Shown one piece after another: positions 55,090 to 64,000 of a stretch of 64,000 bases of DNA. The first letter of the stretch is position 1. Each line of letters starts with the position of its first letter. The notes under the pieces were generated by a model that was not told where the DNA came from, made no database searches, and saw only the letters and a program-made list of their open reading frames with translations. The stretch comes from Octopus sinensis. Its lineage: Eukaryota. Location of the stretch: the NCBI RefSeq assembly GCF_006345805.1, contig NC_043007.1, positions 69,440,001-69,504,000 of the forward strand, given 5' to 3'. A program made the position numbers and the translations under genes.

Positions 55090-55672
55090 CTTCTACTCTA
55101 GGCACAAGGTCTCGAAAATTTTGGGCGAAGGGGGCTAGTCGATTATATCGATCCCAGTGCGTAACTGGTACTTATTTCATCGACCCTGAAAGGATGAAAG
55201 GCAAAGTTGACCTCGGCGGAATTTGAACTTAGAACGCAGTAGCAGACGAATTACCTATTTCTTTACTACCTACAAGGGGCTAAACACAAAGGGGACAAAC
55301 AAGGACAGATAAACAGATTAAGTCGATTACATCGATCCCAGTGCGTAACTGGTACTTAATTTATCGACCCTGAAAGAATGAAAGGCAAAGTCGACCTCGG
55401 CGGAATTTGAACTCAGAACGTAACGGCAGACGAAATACCTATTTCTTTACTACCCACAAGGGGCTTAACACAGAGGGGACAAATAAGGACAGACAAACGG
55501 ATTAAGTCGATTACATCGATCCCAGTGCGTAACTGGTACTTAATTTATCGACCCTGAAAGAATGAAAGGCAAAGTCGACCTCGGCGGAATTTGAACTCAG
55601 AACGTAACGGCAGACGAAATACCGCTAAGCATTTCGGTCGGCGTGCTAACGATTCTGCCAGCTCGCCCCCTT
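55090..55672 (-). mobile_element. Three tandem MetaSINE-like units (about 182-bp period)
   Basis: TCGATTA..CCAGTGCGTAACTGGTAC..GACCTCGGCGGAATTTGAAC repeated three times. Only the rightmost unit has a complete head. Confidence 0.9.
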
Positions 55673-55873
55673 AAGTAATTTTATGATAATGAATTTTAAA
55701 TGTTGAGACAAAGCACAAATTTTGCTAAAGAAACAGTCGGCTCAATCGGTCTTAGTACTTGTATTTTATTGATCTCGGAAGAATAAAAAACGCTTTCGAT
55801 TTGGCCTGTATTTGAGCTCAAAACGAAAAAGTCCAATGAAATATTTAACTGCATGGATGGATGGATGGATAGC

Positions 55874-55905
<32 letters not shown>

Positions 55906-55910
55906 GAGAG

Positions 55911-55962
<52 letters not shown>

Positions 55963-55963
55963 G

Positions 55964-56035
<72 letters not shown>

Positions 56036-56545
56036 TTGACGGACTTCCACCGACTTTTTGTCTACCTCATTCATTCATACGACATTAGTCTACCTAGCTG
56101 CATAGTAGAAAACACTGGCACAAGATGCCACGAAGTGGGACAGAACTCAAAAACAAGCGACTACAAAATGTGCTTCTTAGCCACACAGCTATGTCCGCTG
56201 AGGATATATACTCACTTCTCAGCTTTCCTCATGCTTTCACATACTTCTGCCACATGTATAGCGAAACGTTCTCTGCTTCTTCCTTTGGCCTTTTGCATGT
56301 CAACGCGATGCTATTTCTAACCAGGCATTGTAGATCTAGAGACAGGACAAGGACTTCCAACTGACATTGAAACTGTTGCACATTTTCATCCTCGTGTCTC
56401 ACATGCACGTCCAATTTTCTCATATTTTTAGCACTTCCTCTCAAGCGCCCACTCTATGTAACGCCTACACACATACATACATACGTACATACATACATAC
56501 ATGCATACATACATACATACATACATACATACATACATACATACA

Positions 56546-56576
<31 letters not shown>

Positions 56577-57088
56577 CTATCTATATGTGTGTGTGTGTGT
56601 ACGTACACACACACGAATATATTTACATATATAGTTTACGTGTATGTCTGTGTGTGTAAATTTATAAATATAAATATATGTTTATATAAATATATAAATA
56701 TATGTTTGCATTTGTGTATGTATGAACGCATGTATTTATTGCGTAAACAACTTTTAAACTTCTAATAACTCGGGTAATGTTATCAACCTATGATGTTATC
56801 GAAAAGGCTCCGTCCTGAAATGATTATAATAAACAGCTCCTACGATAGATAGGTAGATAGATGTGCATATATATGCATATGTGTGTGTGCATATATAATA
56901 CATATGAATGAATACATAAAAGTTCTACCATCGGTCGTGAATGACCATGGGAATGCACCTAGGAATGCCTCTGAGGCACAAGTCCGGGCAAAGTTATTTA
57001 TGGAAGACCAGCAGTCGTACATGCATACCAGCCACAACTATCGAAGGGAAAGAGTGGCGAAATCACTTTGAGCATGATCCTGTAAATC

Positions 57089-57119
<31 letters not shown>

Positions 57120-57289
57120 TACTTTGCTCTCATGTGTTTATTTTCCTACCTGCCTGAGGTTACCGTGGTCTTTTCTGTAGGCTTTTCTTTCCATGGATGA
57201 ACATAATCTTGTTTCTTTGTAAAAAAAAAAGAAAAATGCTTTCTGTGATACACGATCCCTTTTGATCGCCTTTTTTTCCCCGATCCCTT

Positions 57290-57605
57290 TTGATCGGAAT
57301 TTTACATTTGTTTCCTCCCCCCACCCCTTTGCGCTTTCCATCTTCGAAAAGAAAAGCTCTACATTTGTATTTGTCCCCTCTGTGTTCAGCCCTGTGTGAC
57401 CAATAAAGAAAGTTATCGAAGGGAAAGGCAAAGGCCGGTACAGCTTGACATCAGTGACGTTGCAACTCATTTCTACAACTGAGTGGACTGGAGTAACGTG
57501 AAATAAAGTGTCTTGCGCAAGAACACATCACGCTATCCAGTCCGGGTATCGAACTCACTACCTCATGATTCTGATCCTGACGCTCTAACCACTCGGCCAC
57601 GCGCC
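57290..57605 (-). mobile_element. CORE-type SINE family B
   Basis: Reverse complement of family B. Confidence 0.65.
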
Positions 57606-58058
57606 TTCAATGAATACATACAAATATATAAATATATATATATGCAAAAATGTATATCTTTTGTCTTTTACTTGTTACAGTCATTGGACTGCGGTCATGC
57701 TGGGGTACCGCCTTGAAGAATCTTTATATATATATATATATATATATAACGGGCTTCTTTCCGTTTCCGTCAAACAAATCCACTCACAAGGCTTTGGTCG
57801 GCCCAAGGTGTCACGCAGTGGGAGTGAACCCCGAACCATGTGGCTGGGAAGCAAGTTTCTTACCAGATAGTCTCACGCATAGAAATAAATCTATATGTAC
57901 ATACATATAAAAGAACGTATATATTAATACATACGCACAACGGAAACTCACGCACACGCACACAACACATTACATTCATCCTTGGAATATTCTCACAGCC
58001 TCGCCCAAAATTTTCAAAGAACGAAACAAATGAGAAAATCGCGGTCACAGACACACTG

Positions 58059-58418
58059 GTGACGTAACACGGTGTCACGAAAGATAAACCGCTTTGCCAC
58101 GTAAAAACGCCCCCTCATAATGTTTCTCTCTTTAGACAACCACCTCCCACCTCCCGCCTGGCCCTTTTTCTAAATTTAGGACGTATATGCTGGTAGTGTA
58201 AATGGAGTGGAAGAGATGGTAGTAGGGGGAGGCAGTGACTCTACACATGGTGCTGATGTTTCTGGTAGTGGGAAGAGAAGCAAAAAGAAACGGAAGCGAT
58301 AACATACTAAGGACGATAGTCCCCTGTCATATAAGGAAAGATACACATTTGTATAGAAGCACTTGTTACTCCTCCGGAACTAAACTATTTGCTCCGTTGC
58401 TATGACGTCATGTGACGT
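58059..58418. promoter_or_regulatory. CpG-richer unique segment with CRE/ATF-like motifs
   Basis: GTGACGTAA 58059, TGCCACGT 58095, TGACGTCA 58403 and TGACGT 58413. Confidence 0.35.
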
Positions 58419-58576
58419 ATTGTAATGGTCGATATAATTTGTCTTAGTAAATTTTCGTCAAGTCAGGCCAACAAACGGTAACAGCTGGTTACGCTTTATT
58501 TTCTGCCGTTCATTTTTTTTTCCGAAATCAATGTGTTGGCGGTGTTTATGAGCTACTTTTAATCTTTTATCTTTTA

Positions 58577-59077
58577 CTAGCAGTATCGCCCGGCGTTGCT
58601 CGGGTTTGTAAGGGAAGTAACTATATAAGCATTTTTAGAGAGTTGTAGCCAAAAAATAGCAAAAAAATGCACTAAAACAGGAAAAAAAATGATGGTAAAT
58701 TTTTTTTTAAATCGTTGACTCATCGTAGACATTTTTAGAAAGTTACTTCCCTTATATAATAGCGAAAAAAATGCATTAAAATGGAAAAAAATGATGGTAA
58801 ATTTTTTTTTAAATCGTTGACTCATCGTAGACATTTTTAGAAAGTTACTTCCCTTATATAATAGCGAAAAAAATGCATTAAAATGGAAAAAAATGATGGT
58901 AAATTTTTTTTTTAATCGTAGACTCATCGTAGACGCGCGCTAATACCCAGAAGGGCTCGATATGAATCACGACTATAAGATACCCGGGTTTGGTTAAACT
59001 GCACCGCAAAATGTGGGAGTAGTTAGGAATCTAAATCGTTGGAGACAGACACACAACTTGACTTTTATATATAAAGA
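58577..59077 (-). mobile_element. Non-autonomous Helitron with internal tandem repeat of about 98 bp
   Basis: Minus strand A|TCTTTATATAT... CCCGAGCAACGCCGGG hairpin ... CTAG|T. About 2.5 internal units. Confidence 0.85.
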
Positions 59078-59318
59078 TTACATGTTTCAGTCATTCGACA
59101 GCGGTCATGCGGGAGCACTGCTCTGAAGATTTTTTTATTTTTTATTCTTTTAGTCGAATGAATCGACCCCAGTACTTATTTTTTATCTTTTAAATGTATA
59201 CATACATATTTATGTATATATATGTATATATATAAATATATACAAAATGTGACCGCGTGTGTACCGTTGGTGATTTTTTTTCTTCTTCTTACCTTCTCTG
59301 GATCTTTCCTTCTCCTAT

Positions 59319-59353
59319 GTTTCCGACGAAGAGCTCCGCTCGAAACGTTAAAC
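59319..59353 (+). ncRNA. Minimal hammerhead variant, second copy (repeat 59243-59450)
   Basis: GTTT-CCGACGA-A-GAGC(TCC)GCTC-GAAACGTT|AAAC. Confidence 0.55.
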
Positions 59354-59464
59354 CCTCCTTCTTTCCTTCTTTCCTGAGCGTCCAATAATATTATATTTGT
59401 TCCACGTCCTCGCGTTGTTGAGTTTTTTTGTGCATTCATGTTTGGATTAACTTTATATAAATAT

Positions 59465-59512
<48 letters not shown>

Positions 59513-59535
59513 TAATCCAAACATGAAAGCACATG

Positions 59536-59589
<54 letters not shown>

Positions 59590-59590
<1 letters not shown>

Positions 59591-60150
59591 CATGGTTGCT
59601 GCCCCTCGTTATCGAGTATGGCCGTTGCACGAAGCTTAATCAATGTTGTTATCGTGCAATGCCTGTGCAAGAAATTTTATTTTTAAAGTGAGGAATGGCT
59701 GTGCACTGAGTCAATCCCACTCACTAAGCAACAGCAGCCATAATCCGAAAAGAAGAACAAGTCAACATCATCGGTAACCACTGAGCCGCAGGTTTTATGA
59801 CGGAGTTATCCCAGTTACCTGAGTTACCTTCTCCTAGAAGGATGCCCTAACAAAGGCTAGGAGTCCTTCACTCTCAATGGTTTAACCGCGCGATCGGGTA
59901 TTCAGTCCGATTATTTCTATGTCCCCGCGCATGATACATACTTCAGACATTTATTGGATGGCCGTTGACTCTCGAGAGTTCCTCCGCCCTTTGACGGGTT
60001 TTGTTTTTCATCCCGCAGGGTGTCCAATAAACACCCTCCTCACCAAGCAAGCTTGGTGGGGTTGCCGGTTTAGTCGTCGACGACCCGACCATGCAACAGG
60101 TTGTACTGGGTTACATGTTACCAGTAGCACTCAAAAGTGACCTGACATGG
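59590..60150 (-). mobile_element. Probable LINE 5' UTR remnant
   Basis: TAGCCTT..GGAGAAG..ACTC motif shared with 10790-10835, and CACTGAGTCAA shared with about 10685. Confidence 0.4.
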
Positions 60151-60173
60151 TGTATATATACATACATACATAC

Positions 60174-60239
<66 letters not shown>

Positions 60240-60499
60240 TATATATATATGAGAAATAATTAAGATTCTTTTGAATTAGGCACTTAATTTGAAGCATCGT
60301 GTCAGTCCGGTACCATCTGCACAGCTCGAAGGTGAATAAAGTCAAAATAAGTAACATGATATCAAGTAGTAATGCAGTACGGCTGTTTCAAGCGACTCCA
60401 TTTAATTGAACAATGCAATCATTACATCAATTTAAATGCAGTGCTATCTTCGGCTGCGCAAAATATAGAATTTTTAACATGTAGGACACATTAATATAA

Positions 60500-60790
60500 T
60501 TTTTCTTGAATATTTTAACAGAGCAAGAAGATGGAAGAAATTCATGTTATCGCTATTGTAGCAAAGTGGCTACGAATAGACTACAATTTCTTAGAATCGC
60601 ATGGAGCATAGTGGGGTCAAAAATCAAACCAATGTTGAAAGTGCGTTCAAAGATTTCATCAGCTCCAGAACTCCAAATTTTTATGTTACCGGAATAAACA
60701 AACTTGTAACTCGTGGGCAGAAATGTGCTGATTGTAATGGTACTTACTTTGATGAATACAATTTCCGCATTTTTGAAATATATTGAGATG
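60500..60790 (+). mobile_element. Mariner transposase C-terminal remnant
   Basis: FKDFISSRTPNFYVTGINKLVTRGQKCADCNGTYFD. Confidence 0.8.
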
Positions 60791-61125
60791 AATTTCATGT
60801 TTCAAAACATTGCTTTCTTTTTACTCATATATGCATCGTATGCATATATATATATGCATACGATGGTCTTTTTTCCGTTTCCCCTCTATCGAGTCCACTT
60901 ACAAGGTTTTAGTCGGCCCAAGACATTAGTAGAAGACTGGACCTGAAACCATGTGGTTGGGTAGCAAACCTCTTACCACACACACTCTCTTGCTTTCTAA
61001 AAATTAGTTAACCAATGGAGAGAGTATTTTTGATCCCTTCTTAAGGTCTGGATTCAGTCGTGTGACCCCAGAATTTTCTTGACTATTTCACACATAGATC
61101 GAAGACAAGAAACCGGCAATTTGTC

Positions 61126-61166
<41 letters not shown>

Positions 61167-61170
61167 AGAA

Positions 61171-61201
<31 letters not shown>

Positions 61202-61339
61202 ATGTGTGTGTGTGTGTGTGTGTGTATGTGTGTGTGTGCGTGCGCGCGCGAGTGGGTGATTAAAAAGTAAAGTTTTCGTCCAATCGTTCATGGTAATGCT
61301 TTAAAATTCAATTTTAGATATTTAAGTTATTTAAGAAAG

Positions 61340-61965
61340 GATACGTAAAAAAATAAAAAAACAACCTTAAATTATCTATTAGCATAAAGCCACGATTCAT
61401 TTACAAAGATTATAAACCAGTAGAATTTCTCATGCTTTCAATCATCCCCCAGGATGGGAAAAGGGTTGATCAGTTTAGTTTCCTTTCTATTTTTCCCGAC
61501 TTTGAAACAGATAAGAATAGTATCATTCACGGAAAAGAGAAACCAAAGCTTGAGCTGAAAATCTTAACCGAAGTGGGCAGCAAGGAATGTCATTGTTACT
61601 TTGATTGAAAGTATTATGAATAGTCTAAGTGAATGACGAGATGACCCATTCTGAACAAATTTTTCTGTTTTCCATGTCTGTTAGTTGGTCAGTATAAGAA
61701 CACATTTTCTCAGCTTAGGCCATTTAATTGTATCGCTATTACAAGTGAAGGTGTAATTAAGCCAATGATCGAAGAAGAAAAAGCAGCATTTGTTGATGTT
61801 ATGTTTGATGAGACTACAAACGTTCGAATGAAATCTTATGATACACGTTTTGCGATTTGTTGATGAGAAGGAAAATCTTCAAGAAAGGTTTAGGGGATAA
61901 GTCGATGTCAGTAAAGAGAGAAAACCTGCATCACTGATACAAGCTGTACATTGTTATACACATTC
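61340..61965 (+). mobile_element. hAT transposase remnant
   Basis: FVDVMFDETTNV..RFVDEKENLQERF.G..DVS. Confidence 0.6.
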
Positions 61966-61983
61966 ACTTAATTTGATACTCTG

Positions 61984-62583
61984 TGAAGGCACATGGTCTA
62001 GTGGTTAGTGCGGCGGACTCGCGATCAAGGGTTCGAATCTCAGACCGGGTGATGTGTTTGTTTATGAGCGAAACACCTAAGCTCCATGCGGCTCCGGCAG
62101 AAGGTAATGGCGAACTTCTGCTGACTCTTTCTCCACAACATTCTCTCACTCTTTCCTCACCTGCGACGGACCGGCGTCCCGTCCAGGTAGGGAACCTATA
62201 CGCCAAGGAAACCGGGAAACCGGCCCTTATGAGCCTCGAAGTCGACGGCTTCAATAGTCCCTACTGGATGAAATCGCTGAATGATGATTTCCAAAGTTAT
62301 ATGTAGGTTACTCGTGTCTTACTAACTACTTCAAAACGGTACATCGTAGTAGGGTGGGGAACTATTTTCATTTTCATACTCTCCGTATTTCAAAGCATAT
62401 AATACTGCAATTTTCACGGAAAACGGGGTAGGATGAAACACTCGGAAATCTTCCCCAACCTCAGTGGTGGTGATGGGAGGAGGGTATTGCATGCCTTAGT
62501 TACCTAGTCACCCTTCATCGCAGAAAATATCTACATATACATATATATATACATATATGTGTGTGTGTGTGTGTGTATGTATG

Positions 62584-62625
<42 letters not shown>

Positions 62626-62905
62626 GAGACGCAATGGCCCAGTGGTTAGGGCAGCGGACTCGCGGTTGTAGTATCGCGGTTTCGATCCCCAGATCGGGCG
62701 TTGTGAGTGTTTATTGAGCGGAAACACCTAAAGCTCCACGAGGCTCCGGCAGGGGGTGGTGGTGATCCCTGCTGTACTCTTTCGCCACAACTTTCTCTCA
62801 CTCTTTCTTCTGTTGGCCTGCTCGCTTAGCCAGCAGGGTGGCGTCATCTGAAGGCTAAAACAATGCGAAGCGCATTGTGACCAGCGATGTGTAGCAACAT
62901 CTGAT
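61984..62905 (+). mobile_element. Two SINE family C copies (61984-62240, 62625-62905)
   Basis: Family C heads and bodies. Confidence 0.85.
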
Positions 62906-63172
62906 ATCAAAACCAAATAAGACATTATTTGATAAAGAGTTTAGATGATGTAACTGAGGTCAATGTTTCCCCGAAATCTGTTTTCTCAAACATTTCGAGA
63001 AATCAGGACACTGAGGCTTAAATTTGAATTGCTGTCTTTTTAAATACATACATACATAGAGATTTTGTTTGTTTGTTTGTTTGTTTGTTTGTTTGTTTGT
63101 ATGTATGTATGTATGTATGTATGTATGTATCTTTTCAACACCCTTTCGTATGTGAGTATGTGTGTGCGTGTA

Positions 63173-63207
<35 letters not shown>

Positions 63208-63243
63208 TTCTATCTATCTATCTATCTATCTATCTAGCTATCT

Positions 63244-63321
<78 letters not shown>

Positions 63322-63795
63322 GCTAGCGATTAGTGATAAACGCAAACACAAAGACGCACACACACATAACATATATAGCCAAGAAAATAAACTTTCTTAT
63401 CTTTCCTTTTAAAAGGTTACAGAATTAACACAGGTTATAGGAACATAAACCTTCTTCCACGAAAAGATAGCTTAAACTATGTTCTAAATGGAGGTGTAGT
63501 CAAATCCTATTTTATGGTCTCAACCATGTTCTAAGATAAGTCAAAAGATAATCTACAATAAATCGGCACGAGCTTTCCGGACAACCCAATATATACATTT
63601 ATGTATGCATATGCATATATGCCTTTTTGTGTGTGCGAGTGTGTTTGTTTTAATGCATAGTTTTTCTACAAAAAAAAAAACATTTATTGAAGGAGTATCA
63701 AATTTCTGTAGAGTATCAAATTTATTTCTCAAGGACAACAACTGCGAAGTCACTGCATTCGCTTTCCTTGGCTATATATGTTATGTGTGTGTGCG

Positions 63796-63960
<165 letters not shown>

Positions 63961-64000
63961 TACACGCACACACATACTCACATACGAGAGGGTGTTGAAA

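Noticed and set aside
56206-56450. Minus-strand exon-like segment with GTGAGT donor (MQKAKGRSRERFAIHV...)
   Set aside because: No good acceptor, stops in the upstream frames, and no recognisable family.
55090-59077. CRISPR-like arrays
   Set aside because: The tandem units are SINE or Helitron repeats without unique spacers, in a eukaryotic context.

Overview
AT-rich eukaryotic DNA dense in microsatellites and transposon remnants. The SINE families and repeat landscape look like an Octopus genome; this is inferred from repeat content, not from a database search. The best-supported gene is a complete 5-exon TIMP (tissue inhibitor of metalloproteinases) on the minus strand (49801 to 31486, 203 aa, all GT-AG junctions phase-compatible). 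Its C-terminal domain is shortened and its cysteines are rearranged. A frameshifted duplicate of its promoter and exon 1 lies about 32 kb away (17844-17977). A plus-strand multi-pass membrane protein exon (2883-3851) and three orphan candidate exons lie near the left end. The rest is mostly four or five SINE families, R4/Dong-type and RTE LINE remnants, Penelope-like GIY-YIG remnants, small hammerhead-ribozyme motifs, Gypsy remnants, two Chapaev3-like transposons, mariner and hAT remnants, Helitrons and MITEs. There is one 100-N gap. Most ORFs in the supplied track are microsatellite artefacts. Element boundaries are approximate unless a TSD or splice site is cited. I found no convincing new multi-gene system; the most novel-looking items are the atypical TIMP pair and several unusual RNA or retroelement structures.
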